A DNA stretch of 64,000 nucleotides, taken from positions 96,001-160,000 of the forward strand of contig CAXXHG010000015.1 of NCBI GenBank assembly GCA_963666315.2. The letters are read 5' to 3'. A program made the position numbers and the translations under genes. This document shows positions 20,250 through 30,293 of this stretch, one piece after another. The notes beneath the pieces were generated by a model, which was not told the DNA's origin, made no database searches, and worked only from the letters and a program-made list of their open reading frames with translations. Numbering within the stretch: the first letter of the stretch is position 1; each line of letters begins with the position of its first letter. The DNA is from Candidatus Binatia bacterium. Lineage in GTDB: Bacteria > Desulfobacterota > Binatia > Bin18.

Positions 20250-21668
20250 CTATCGTCGGTATCTCTTCCTCCACCACTCCCACATAAGCAGCCCATAAAA
20301 AGGGAGATACTCCAACCAGACCACCCAGCGAAACGTTTCTAGCTCGCCGCGATAAAAAAAGTAGAAAGCGAAATAATACAAACCCAAAAGTCCAGACAAC
20401 AGTAACCATGAACGACGCGGGAAGATACACAGGAATGGCACGATCCAAATAAAATACCACGGGTTGCCGACCGGACTGAGGAGAAGCAGCAGCCCAATAA
20501 CAAAGAAACAGCCCCTCAAGAACTGTTGCTCGTCCCCTCTCGAGTTTCGCCCCGCAGCGATGAGCACTGCACCACTGAGACAGGCGACAATAATGCCGTT
20601 CGCCAGCCAACGGTCCTCAATAAGCAAAAGCAAAAAAGGGAACACAAAACTATTGGTCTGCCATTCTCCCCCAAAAGTCAGCGATCCTTGCCACAGCGCA
20701 CTGCCCGCCGCCCAAAAGGGTAGATATCCAGCTATGACCACCACACCGATCAGAACGAGCCCACCCGCCGCAGCCCAGAAACCATCTTTTTGCCAGGCCC
20801 GGTGTAAAAAAAGCGGCAGTAGCACCCCAGGAAAGACCTTGCCAAGAATGGCCCCAGCCAGGCTGAGGTGAGCCAACAGCGTCCGTCCTTTCAGGACAGC
20901 CGACAGCGCCAGAACGAGCAGAAAAGTCGGCACAACGTCATAGTGTGGCGAATTAATTGACTCCTTAATCACGAGCGGAGACCAGGCATAGATCAGCACT
21001 CCTGAAGTCGACAGGTCAAAGTGACGCAACATGCTCACCAGCACCACACACACGGCGAGTTCGAAACAGAAAAAAATCAGACGCAGGGCGAGCAAGCTGC
21101 CCGGTGCAATCAACGCAGCCAGACCAAACACAGCCTGGGCCAGCGGTGGATAAATTGTCGGGACTCCGGGATGGTTGACCCGGGACAGCAGCAAGGCGAA
21201 GTGCTCGTCTTCATCAGCAATCTGACGATACGGACGCAGCTGCGCGTTTGCCTCTCCCATCTGTATGTTGAGTGGATCGAATTGATACGGGTTCATCCCG
21301 CTGGCAACCACCTTTCCATCCCATAAATAGCGATAGAAATCGTCCTCCTGGATAGGCACAGAGAATAGTAATATGGCACGAAAGAGAACGGCGAAAACAA
21401 AAATCAGGACAAGCGGGTATGGTCTCGTATCGAGATGCCGGAGCCGCCGGATTGCCACTGCATACAAGACAAAGGCCGCACCATATAGACACACAAACGT
21501 CCCAATCGGCCGCTCCAGATGCCCCTGACCATAAACGAACGCATGGCTGAGCCAGGCTATGCCAGCATAAACAACGAGAGACAGAACGCCAAGAACGCAC
21601 AGCGTACGTTTTGATCTTTCTTCTTGCGTAGGGAACATTTTTGAGAAGCGCAGAGTTTCAATAGACAT
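20250..21668 (-). CDS. GT-C fold (GT87-like) integral membrane glycosyltransferase
   Basis: EDDFYRYLWDG, NPY, TIYPPLAQ, YAWSPL, PWY; many TM segments. Confidence 0.82.
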   Translation of the reverse strand: MSIETLRFSKMFPTQEERSKRTLCVLGVLSLVVYAGIAWLSHAFVYGQGHLERPIGTFVCLYGAAFVLYAVAIRRLRHLDTRPYPLVLIFVFAVLFRAILLFSVPIQEDDFYRYLWDGKVVASGMNPYQFDPLNIQMGEANAQLRPYRQIADEDEHFALLLSRVNHPGVPTIYPPLAQAVFGLAALIAPGSLLALRLIFFCFELAVCVVLVSMLRHFDLSTSGVLIYAWSPLVIKESINSPHYDVVPTFLLVLALSAVLKGRTLLAHLSLAGAILGKVFPGVLLPLFLHRAWQKDGFWAAAGGLVLIGVVVIAGYLPFWAAGSALWQGSLTFGGEWQTNSFVFPFLLLLIEDRWLANGIIVACLSGAVLIAAGRNSRGDEQQFLRGCFFVIGLLLLLSPVGNPWYFIWIVPFLCIFPRRSWLLLSGLLGLYYFAFYFFYRGELETFRWVVWLEYLPFYGLLMWEWWRKRYRR

Positions 21669-21683
21669 GCACCGTCGTCAGGC

Positions 21684-21882
21684 TGCTGCTCCTCAGGCAG
21701 TATCACATCTCCCTTCAGCCAAGATACTGACACCCGAAAAACGCCTGATGCTGGCCATCCATCTTGCGTGATGCCGTGGCCTGTCTCAAGAAAGGGTTTG
21801 CGGGATCAATCCGGCACTGCTCTCGTCCTACGCGCGAGACGATCGAGTGGATACAGCACCCTGGCCAGGAGTGAGTTTTCTC
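21684..21882 (+). pseudogene. Frameshifted remnant of a conserved hypothetical family (PEKRLMLAI-LRDAV...EWI)
   Basis: TPEKRLMLAI | LRDAVACLKKG...TIEWIQHPGQE*VFS across frames. Confidence 0.4.
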
Positions 21883-22161
21883 TGTCATGTCGGAGCAACT
21901 GCTCCATTCGGACTCCAACTCGATACGCTAGCAAACTCCCGCGTGAACCTTGTCGGCGGTGACGGCATGGGGGTAGCCAGCGGTCAGATTGCCGCCACCT
22001 TACGGGTCAATCCCGGATTCCCGGATGACAGCTATATAGTGCAGAAAATCGAAGGCAGCGCGGGCATCGGTGGACAGCAAATGCCGCTCAACAACCCGCC
22101 ACTCAAGGCTGGACAAATTGCCGTTATCCGGGAGTGGATTTTCAACGGAGCCGTCGACTAA
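21883..22161 (+). pseudogene. N-terminally truncated c-type cytochrome domain
   Basis: Only CH of CxxCH remains; LRVNPGFPDDSYIVQKIEG, QQMP, IREWIFNGA. Confidence 0.6.
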
Positions 22162-22181
22162 GGACTGAGCAGTCAGGAATA

Positions 22182-23358
22182 ACGAAGCAAAGATATGCGA
22201 CATGGCAGCAACAGGTTGGCTTGGGCGCTTTTGCGCTCTTCGTCCTTGTGGTGGGTTGTGCCCGCCTTGTGAGGGGGGAGCCCCCTCCCTCGTCGTTCGG
22301 GAGGGCCATAAATGTAGGTTTTGCCATGTCAACGGTGCAGGCGAAGGCATGCGCACCGGCGTTGTCAGCGCCCACAGCCAATCGTTTCTCAAATGCCCCA
22401 AAGGCCCGTTTGACTCACTCGACGCCCGCACACCGGTCACCGGCCGTCTGGTCGAAGGGATTGCCGTTGGAGCGGATTTTCGCGGCAGCTATACCACCAC
22501 GTTTCGGGATAAGCCGAACCGGCGTGGCCGCGTTCCTAATAATACGGCCTTTCGTCCAGCCGATAGCAGTGAATTTAAAATTGGCGAAGCCAATGCCTGT
22601 GCCGAAGTCAATCTAATCAGAGATGCGCTGACATTCTATCTAGACGAATCCTTCGGTCCAAGCAGTGCCTTTAACCGCGAAACATTTGGACTGCTGGCCG
22701 GATTCTTCCCCTGGAACGGCTATGTCAAAGGCGGAAAGTTTTTTGCGCCGTATGGCCTGCGCCTCCAAGATGATGCGGCCTTTATTCGTTCACGGACAGG
22801 GTTTAATTTCACTAGCCCGGATACAGGGATCGAAATCGGTCTGGCGCCTGGAGATGCCTTCTTTAGTGTGGCCCTCACTAACGGCGGTGGCGCCGCGCGC
22901 CTGCGCAAACAAGTCTCCCTGAACGGCTATTATTTTCCGAGCTGCTGCTGGTCCGGAACATCATGCTGGGCGCATCTTTTTCCCACAACTCGGTCGAAAA
23001 ACAAGATCGGACGCTATACGAATTTTATATAGGCACAAACTTCTGGCGCTTTACCCTGCTCGGAGAAATAGACTTTATAGAGGACGAGCAACTTCCCAGC
23101 CGGGCGAATCAGTTTGTAGGCTATGCTGAGATCAATTGGCTCGTCTTTGACTGGATGAACGCCAAGTTTTCTTACGATTATTTTCATCCTGACCGGAACC
23201 AAGGCAATGACGCGCTCACGCGTTTTTCCATTGGCGTTGAGCCATTCTTGAGCCAGTATTTCCAGCTTCCGCTGTTTTATAGCGTCTATAACGGGCCGAA
23301 GAATCACCCCCTGGATAACTTCGATCAACTCATGTCTGAGGCACACGTCTTTTTCTGA
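22182..23358 (+). pseudogene. Outer-membrane beta-barrel with N-terminal heme motif, frameshifted
   Basis: Signal peptide | VREGHKCRFCHVNGAGEGMR..VKGGKFFAPYGLRLQDD | ..AHVFF* (C-terminal Phe); shifts near 22280 and 22935. Confidence 0.7.
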
Positions 23359-23399
23359 CCGGTCGCTGGCTGCTGCAGCTACTGACAACTGACGCGCAC

Positions 23400-24173
23400 T
23401 CACTTCTGCGCTTGTTGTACTCCGAGCATGCCCAAGGCGACTTTCTCGCCTGCGGGGTCACAGCCAAGTGACCCTTTTTCCAGACAGGTCGTATAGTGTC
23501 GCAAATGCGGCACGAGTTCCTGAGTGACTTGTCGCCACAACGTTTGGGCTTCCGTGCAAACCTCACTCCGGTCAGACACGAAACCTGGGTCTTGCGATTC
23601 GGGGGTCATCTGCCTGAGGTCAAGCTTGGTTGTTTCAGGACCGGTCAAGAGACTTCTCGGTAAGGCTGAAGATGTTGGAGTCTCGGGACTGCGTTCAGGT
23701 CGGTCAGGACCAGGGCGCACGCGGAACGCTTCTCGGAGCGCGGGCGGTTCAGATACCAGCGAGCCGGCAAGTGGGCTGATCACCGTAATGCGATCTGCCG
23801 TGCTAATAAGCATTTCAGGCCGTCCACGAAAGAGATACACCCAACCTTGTGCCTGGACGATTTTACCCTGATAAAACGTGTCCGGCCGATCAGGAAAGCC
23901 GGACAGCAACAAGGGCGGTGTAATCGCCACCGTGAGTTCGGACGCTGCGCCCGAGCTGAGAGACAAAAATGTATTCCGCCCTTCCTGCTGAGTTGCGACG
24001 ACCTTGCCTTCGACAGTGACGAACTGATCGACGAGTTCACGAGCGCGTGAGGCAGGTATGACATCCTGCTCATCTTTCCCATCTTTCCCATCCTGCCCAT
24101 CGGCCCAGGAAAGTGCTGGGGGCACGGGGAGCACCAGCAGGAGTATGAGACGCTCAGGACGCATGTCATCCAT
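23400..24173 (-). CDS. Secreted OB-fold-like hypothetical protein
   Basis: Signal-like N-terminus, FVTVEGKVV..YQGKIVQAQGWV..RPEM; short DGK repeats. Confidence 0.55.
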   Translation of the reverse strand: MDDMRPERLILLLVLPVPPALSWADGQDGKDGKDEQDVIPASRARELVDQFVTVEGKVVATQQEGRNTFLSLSSGAASELTVAITPPLLLSGFPDRPDTFYQGKIVQAQGWVYLFRGRPEMLISTADRITVISPLAGSLVSEPPALREAFRVRPGPDRPERSPETPTSSALPRSLLTGPETTKLDLRQMTPESQDPGFVSDRSEVCTEAQTLWRQVTQELVPHLRHYTTCLEKGSLGCDPAGEKVALGMLGVQQAQK

Positions 24174-24192
24174 GTCATCTCTCTCATCAGGA

Positions 24193-25143
24193 CTAGTTTT
24201 TTGCGAGCGCCAACTTCGACGGCCACAACGATAAGCCGGACCGCAGCAGGAGAACCAGACCCCCAAGCGTAATGGGAATGTACTGAGCAAAAAAGGCCAC
24301 AATGGAAAAACTTAAAGCTTCTTCCTTGGGAACGGCATAGAAGGAGAGGCCAAGGACAATAGTATACTGAAACACACCCACGAAACCGGGTGCGGCGGGT
24401 AAGGCCACGCCAACTGCGACGAAGAGGATGACGACAAGGGCCGCCTCAAATGGCAGCGAAAACCCACACACTTTGAGCAACAACCAGTAGTACATGACCA
24501 TCGTCGCCCATACCGCTATGGATGCCAGAAAAGTCTGCAAGAAAAGCGATCCTTGGCGTAAGACTTGAAGGCTGTCTAGCAATTCTTGTGTGATGCGTTG
24601 TAAGCGCTGTGGCAGCCATGCCAGCCAGGCGCGATTTTCGCCTCGCACCAGCCACCAGCCACCAAAGAGCAGGGCAAGCATAACGCCCAAAAAAATCCTA
24701 CTGCCCTTTGCATACCCCGCAAGCGGCGTAAGATACGGGAGACTCAGCACTACGAAGAGAGAGACTGTTATCATATCCAGCAGACGGTCGAGTGCACCTG
24801 TCGCAATAGAGGTACTCATCGGCACTGGGCCGAGGCGAGAGAGGGCATACACGCGTAAGATTTCTCCAGCCCGCAGCGGCAGCACATTATTGCCCATAAA
24901 ACCTATCAGGGTTGCAGAGAAGAAGACCGACACAGGCAAACGTTGAACGGGTTCAACCAATTTCTGCCAGCGATACGCTCGGAAGAAAAAGATAACCCCC
25001 AGCCAAAGGCAAGATAGGGCCAATAAACCAAGATCAACTCGGCCAAAAGAATCCAGAACGGCCGCCCACTCCACCCCGCGAACGGCCAAATAGCCGAAGC
25101 CAACGCTGAGGGCCAGGCCCAGAGAAATTCTAAGGATTTTCAA
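24193..25143 (-). CDS. Lysylphosphatidylglycerol-synthase TM / flippase-like membrane protein
   Basis: RAYRW, GFMGNNVLPLRAGE, DRLLD, PAAPGFVGVFQ. Confidence 0.85.
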   Translation of the reverse strand: MKILRISLGLALSVGFGYLAVRGVEWAAVLDSFGRVDLGLLALSCLWLGVIFFFRAYRWQKLVEPVQRLPVSVFFSATLIGFMGNNVLPLRAGEILRVYALSRLGPVPMSTSIATGALDRLLDMITVSLFVVLSLPYLTPLAGYAKGSRIFLGVMLALLFGGWWLVRGENRAWLAWLPQRLQRITQELLDSLQVLRQGSLFLQTFLASIAVWATMVMYYWLLLKVCGFSLPFEAALVVILFVAVGVALPAAPGFVGVFQYTIVLGLSFYAVPKEEALSFSIVAFFAQYIPITLGGLVLLLRSGLSLWPSKLALAKN

Positions 25144-25191
25144 ACGTGGCTCTCTTCAATATGCCGTGAGAGCATGAGTCTCGCAGAAAAA

Positions 25192-25265
25192 CGCGCCCGG
25201 GGTGACTCGAACACCCAACCTACGGGTTCGAAGCCCGTTGCTCTATCCAATTGAGCTACGGGCGC
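25192..25265 (-). tRNA. tRNA-Arg(TCG)
   Basis: GCGCCCGTAGCTCAATTGGATAGAGCA-ACGGG-CT-TCG-AA-CCCGT-AGGTTGGGTGTTCGAGTCACCCCGGGCGCG. Confidence 0.95.
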
Positions 25266-25341
25266 ACACTGCAAAAACAGGTACTTAGCGACATTGCGTC
25301 GCTCCCGTCCCGGGTGAGTAGAAACAGAGTAGAAATATTTT

Positions 25342-26459
25342 TCAACTGCCACCCCATCCTGCCACCTGCGTCGGCGCGGCGCTGAGCACAACCGCCCGGA
25401 TGTCGTCTTCCGACGGATTGTTGTAGCGCTGGAAAACGGCGAACGTACTGTGCCCCGTGATTGCCATGATACGCTTGTAATTTCACCCTTCTCTCACTTT
25501 CCGCGTCACGAACGTATGCCGCAGGTCGTGAAAGTGCAAGTCCAGGATATTCGCCCGCCGACAGGCGGCTTTATACGCCGTTTTCCACCCTTCCTTCATC
25601 GGCTTCCCCTTCCAGGTGAAGACATGGCCCGAAATGGACGCCAACTTGGCTTCTCGCTGGTCCCGCCGAAGAGCCTGGAGGACTGCGCGCAAGATCGGAG
25701 AGATGGGAATATTCTTCGGCTTCTTCTCCTTGGTGTCCTGTACGGTCAAGTGGATGAATCCGGCTTTCCAGTCGATCTTCGCCCACGTGAGGTCCTTGAT
25801 CTCGCGGCTCCGCATGCCTGTCTCATAACAACAGCACACAATTCGCTGTAAGTGGGGCGACGACGCTTCCAGGAGCCCTTTGTATTCCTCGGCTGTTGCG
25901 CGACGCGCTTGCGTTTGTTTTGCGGCTTGTAGAGCTTTACCGTGCGGACGGTATCGATAATCCTCTCTTCCAGGGCAATGCGCAGCATGTGACGGAGGAC
26001 CTCCAGACTTCGATCTATCGTCGCTTCGGAGATACGTTTGCCTCTATAGTCTTCGGTCTTTCGCGTCTGCTTCAAGCGCTCAATCTGGGCAAGACTAATT
26101 TCGGAGAAAAGAATATGGCCGCCCAAGATCCGGCACAGATGCCTGACATGCCTCTCGTCATCAACGATAGACCGCTTCTCTTTCGCGTAGATGCTCACGT
26201 AACGAGCGCCCCATTGAGAAAGCGTGACATCCCTTTCACTTTCCCTATCGAAATCGACACGGTGACCATTCAACGTCAGCAGCCTACGCTTCTCTTGTCG
26301 CGCGCCCTTCAGACTCGTTCCCGCTGAGAACGTTCGGTTCCTGCCCTTCCGGTCTCGGAAGCGGACGAAATTGCGCGTGGTCCAACCGCCTTTCTTGTCT
26401 GCGTGTCTCATACGACGCAAATGTTGCTCTACGGATTCCCACTGCGTGCGCTTTTCCGT
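25342..26459 (-). pseudogene. Tyrosine recombinase/integrase, inactivated
   Basis: YETGMR, HFHDLRHTF, ITGHST..QRY; frameshift near 25895, internal TGA 25483-25485, ACG at the RBS-defined start position. Confidence 0.88.
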
Positions 26460-26523
26460 AGTTCGCTCCTTCGCGTGTAGTCATGGACAGGCAACGTAAC
26501 GAGCAAGTCCTGCCCCTGCCCGT

Positions 26524-26709
26524 CTACTTCTTCTTTCCTTTGGTGCGGCTCTTGTCGCCTATCGTTGTCTCAATCGCCTCAATGACGACTTCCCGGATAG
26601 TACGATCTGCTTGAACCGCATAGATTTTCAGTGCTCTGTGCAACTCAACAGGAACATCGACAACGAGTTTTCTCTTTTCCTTAGTCAGAGTTTTGGGTTT
26701 AGCTACCAT
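26524..26709 (-). CDS. Small ribbon-helix-helix-like DNA-binding protein
   Basis: KLVVDVPVELHRALKIYAVQADRTIREVVIEAI; upstream of the integrase. Confidence 0.65.
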   Translation of the reverse strand: MVAKPKTLTKEKRKLVVDVPVELHRALKIYAVQADRTIREVVIEAIETTIGDKSRTKGKKK

Positions 26710-27202
26710 TCTTTCCTTGTATCATACGCCGATGTGTAAAGCTATACTGGTTCCTTCATTTACAGGTAATTCTAAGATTTGTTCATGTCTCGTCTGGGCC
26801 CGTCTGTCTCAATCCTCACAGAAGGCTGGTGATGTGGCCGACACAAACTTGGGACCCGCCCCTTGGAATAGGGCCTGTCGCATCTCGCACGAAAATTGTG
26901 AAAAATTCGCGAGCAAAGTTGACACCGTCAGGACGAAACTCAGCAGCGGTAACTTGATAGGGCCGCGCGCGCCCAATATTCTGGAAATAGCGTTATCAAT
27001 GAGCCTGACCGTATTGAGGCAACCCCCATAATTCGGCCAACTATATAGAAGTTGGCATTTTCTCCCATCGTGTTGCTTGTGTTTGCTGAATGAACGCCAG
27101 TGGCGTTTGATAATTGAGTGCGCTGTGTGGGCGGCAAGCTCAGGGAGATTTTCTCCGTGAGTAATGTGTGTTCATTTGGACAGGAAGTGGTGTAGCAGAA
27201 AA

Positions 27203-27431
27203 ATGACTCGAAGAAAAATACAAAAGCCCAACGGAAAATTCATTAGCTTTCTACTGTTCAGCACGATGCTGCTGTGGGGGTCTTCTGTTCAGGCCGATGA
27301 CCTTGCCGACCTCCGTGCCCGGGCTGAGAGAGGTGAGGCCAAGGCTCAATTTAAGTTGGGTATCATGTACCTGAATGGCCACGGGGTACCGCAAGACTAT
27401 GGAGAAGCACTGAAGTGGCACCGAAAAGCCG
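27203..27431 (+). pseudogene. Sel1-repeat protein, N-terminal fragment
   Basis: Signal peptide then AERGEAKAQFKLGIMYLNGHGVPQDYGEALKWHRKA. Confidence 0.8.
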
Positions 27432-27563
27432 GAGATCAACAAGAAGATCATCGGCCCATTGGCCAACGCCAACGAGCTGTCCGACATGCCGGACTTCAAC
27501 GACGCCACCAAGCTCGGCACCGGCAAAGAGATGGTGGATCGACTCACCAACCTCATCGCCATC
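27432..27563 (+). pseudogene. hsdM: Type I restriction-modification HsdM internal fragment
   Basis: INKKIIGPLANANELSDMPDFNDATKLGTGKEMVDRLTNLIAI, in a frame absent from the ORF track. Confidence 0.7.
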
Positions 27564-27736
27564 CTCAAGGGAGTTGCTACGCGTGCTTACGAAGCTATGG
27601 CAATCAGTTTCATTGGGAAAGCCTTCACAGTAATTTAGTATCTGACCGGCTTACCGAGGTGCTGGATAACACTATAGCCGTTGGGTCGGTAAAGCGGAAA
27701 CTTGGCTTGCCAGAAAACTTTTTCTTTCACGTTTAA
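27564..27736 (+). pseudogene. C-terminal DUF1998-like zinc motif of a DEAD/DEAH helicase
   Basis: GSCYACLRSYGNQFHWESL. Confidence 0.6.
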
Positions 27737-27944
27737 CCGACGCGGCGAAAGGAAAAAGCGATGTTGTACTCTTTCGCAATACGCATGATGAGACACTGCG
27801 CCCTGGATTCACCAGTTGGGTATTCCACCAAAACGGAAAGTTGTGAAAATTCGCGGTACCAACGCCGGCGACGACGTAACCAAGTAGTAAGAACCCGGCT
27901 CGCCTATCCGTCCTGGCCTCATTTTCTCAAGAAGAGGCAGCTTA

Positions 27945-28169
27945 GTGATGAAACGCAGCAAACTGCCACATGGAGTAGCTGAGAAGGGTCCCAGTGATGA
28001 GTTTTATGAGTTTGCGAACCGACGTCGCGACGAGGCAGAAGCAGAACTGACCGCACGTCTTGATCAGCTAAACCCGATCCTTGACAAGCTGAGAAGCTAC
28101 ATCAGCGGTTTTACAGAACAGAAACCGACCAAGGCACTGAGCCAGTCGTTCGATGCGGTGGAGGCCTGA
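27945..28169 (+). CDS. Hypothetical protein
   Basis: 74-aa ORF, GAGG upstream, helical composition. Confidence 0.35.
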   Translation: MMKRSKLPHGVAEKGPSDEFYEFANRRRDEAEAELTARLDQLNPILDKLRSYISGFTEQKPTKALSQSFDAVEA

Positions 28170-28327
28170 CGCCGCATCGTTTCAGGAACTGCTCTGTGAC
28201 AACAGACTACGGCTTCTTGGCTCCGGCCTCTGGATCGTAACGTCAGCTCCCCTTTGAGCTGGTTCGGCGGCTCACGCGGACGTCGTCCGGGCCTGGTGCT
28301 CTCAGACGCGGGCAACGGGCGCTTCGG

Positions 28328-29344
28328 CTAGTGTATTTCCGGCGCGATTCGCGAGGTAAAAAGATCCAGGGATCTGTGGCATTCCTCCGGACGCAACGAG
28401 CCCCAGGCGAACGAACCGACGAAATAATTGATCCCGCTCTCCGTGACCAGTCGCTGAATTTGGTCGCGGACCGTGTCGATCGATCCGATCAGGATCGTTT
28501 CTCCCGCGAGGCAGGGTTCCCACGCGAAAAAATCGTCATAGGCGTGATCATTCTTCTGATGCCAGAGCTCCAGGATGGAGCGGTACCAAGTATCGTACGC
28601 CGGCTTCGCGACTTCAAGCGCTTCCTCCTCGGTTTCCGCCACATAAATTTGACGCATGGCGCCTAGTTTCATCTTGTCGGTCCCGCCATTACCAACGCCA
28701 GCGGCGACTTCTCGATAGCGAGCTATGAGCTTCGTGATAAGCGACGGAGGGCCAAGGCTCATGAAGTGCATTCCTTCACGCGCGGCAAATTCGACCCCGG
28801 ATTCACTGAACGATGGATACCACAGCGGCGGATACGGCTTCTGGAACGGTTTCATCGTCATTGGCACATCTCGAAATTCGAAATGCTCGCCCGTGTAATT
28901 CAGGACCTCCTCGCACATCCCCCGACGGAATATCTCGAGGACTTCAGTGAAGATCTCCCGGGTCTCTTCCGGATCGACACTGTAGGTGGCGATTTCGTAC
29001 GGTGACACGCCGCGGCTGATGCCGAGTTCCATGCGGCCGTTCGACAGGTGGTCCAGCATGCAGACTTCCTCGATGAGGCGCAGCGGATGATACATCGGTA
29101 ACAAATACGCCATGGGGCTGAAGCGGATATGCTTCGTCCGCTGCGCGAGCGCGGCGAAGAACACCGATGGAGAGGGCGCCATACCGAGCGGGGTCGAATG
29201 GTGTTCCGCCAGATGATAACCGTAGAAACCGGCCGTGTCCGCCGATTCGATCAATTTGAGGCGCGACTCGTACAGTTCAGCTACAGATTTCGGGCCACGA
29301 TCCACCCAGTCGAACATCCCGAATTCGATTTCTGGTGGCATCAC
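28328..29344 (-). CDS. LLM-class flavin-dependent oxidoreductase
   Basis: YHLAEHHSTPLG, IEEVCMLDHLSNGRMELG, PFQKPYPPLW. Confidence 0.9.
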   Translation of the reverse strand: MMPPEIEFGMFDWVDRGPKSVAELYESRLKLIESADTAGFYGYHLAEHHSTPLGMAPSPSVFFAALAQRTKHIRFSPMAYLLPMYHPLRLIEEVCMLDHLSNGRMELGISRGVSPYEIATYSVDPEETREIFTEVLEIFRRGMCEEVLNYTGEHFEFRDVPMTMKPFQKPYPPLWYPSFSESGVEFAAREGMHFMSLGPPSLITKLIARYREVAAGVGNGGTDKMKLGAMRQIYVAETEEEALEVAKPAYDTWYRSILELWHQKNDHAYDDFFAWEPCLAGETILIGSIDTVRDQIQRLVTESGINYFVGSFAWGSLRPEECHRSLDLFTSRIAPEIH

Positions 29345-29376
29345 GGATTCTCCTTTCCCATACGTACCTGCACCAC

Positions 29377-30205
29377 GGCATTGTCAACTTATCGGTCCCT
29401 TGTGAAGAGTCACGGTGGTGTGCAGTAATCACCGTATGACTTCAGGTACCACAAGTCTCTACAGAAAGCACCGTTTCCCACCCGAGATTATTGCCCACGC
29501 GGTGTGGTTGTATCACCGCTTCAGCCGCAGTTTCCGGGAAGTTGAAGAACTCTTAGCCGAACGGGGCGTAATCGTCAGCTATGAAACGGTCCGGCAGTGG
29601 GGCCGCAAGTTCGGCCAAGCCTTCGCCAAGAAGCTGCGGCATCGACGAGGACGACCGGGCGATACCTGGCATCCGGACGAAGTGTTTATCCGCCTCAGAG
29701 ACGCGCGCTACTACTTGTCGCGGGCCGTGGATCAAGACGGAGACACGCTCGATGTTCTCGTGCAGAAACGCCGCAATGCCCGCGCAGCGAAGCGCTTCTT
29801 TCGCAAGTCGTTAAATGGGCTACGGTACGTCCCCAATCGACTCGTCACCGATAAACTACGCAGTTATGCCGCAGCGCATCGGACTACTTTCCCCTCCGTC
29901 CGCCACTGCACCACGCAGTGTGCGAACAATCGGGCCGAAGTGTCTCACCAGCCGACGAGGCAACGCGAACGCCACATGCGGCGATTCAAATCGCTGCGAT
30001 ACATCCAACGCTTCCTCTCTGTCTACAGTCCCATCAACAACCTCTTTCGAGTTGGATGCCATCTCATGAAGGCAACACATTATCAGTTGTTTCGAGATCA
30101 AGCATTTGCAGCCTGGCGAGAAGTGACAACGGGACTGGACGCAGTGTGAGAGCAGGCTTCATATTCAGCGAATTGCATCTCACGTCCCAGTAACTTGACA
30201 ACACG
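29377..30205 (+). mobile_element. IS6-family element, copy 1 (transposase 29436-30149, degenerate residues)
   Basis: HRFPPEII, WHPDEVF, RAVDQDG, VTDKL, NNRAEVSHQPTR; IRs GGCATTGTCAACTT / AACTTGACAACACG. Confidence 0.92.
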
Positions 30206-30230
30206 CGGCCGTCCATGAAAACGAATATCG

Positions 30231-30282
30231 GAGGAGGGCGCAAAAGCCGCCCCAGAGAGGAGGGCGCAAAAGCCGCCCCAGA
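30231..30282 (+). repeat. Exact 26-bp tandem duplication with an internal hairpin
   Basis: (GAGGAGGGCGCAAAAGCCGCCCCAGA)x2, directly before the LLM RBS. Confidence 0.9.
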
Positions 30283-30293
30283 AAGGATACACC

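Noticed and set aside
21872-25485. In-frame TGA at expected Trp positions (hypothetical remnant, integrase), suggesting code 4 or Sec
   Set aside because: Both are frameshifted pseudogenes with no Cys context or SECIS; TGA is a normal stop throughout the window
30231-30282. Hairpin repeat as a mini-CRISPR
   Set aside because: No spacer between the units and no cas genes
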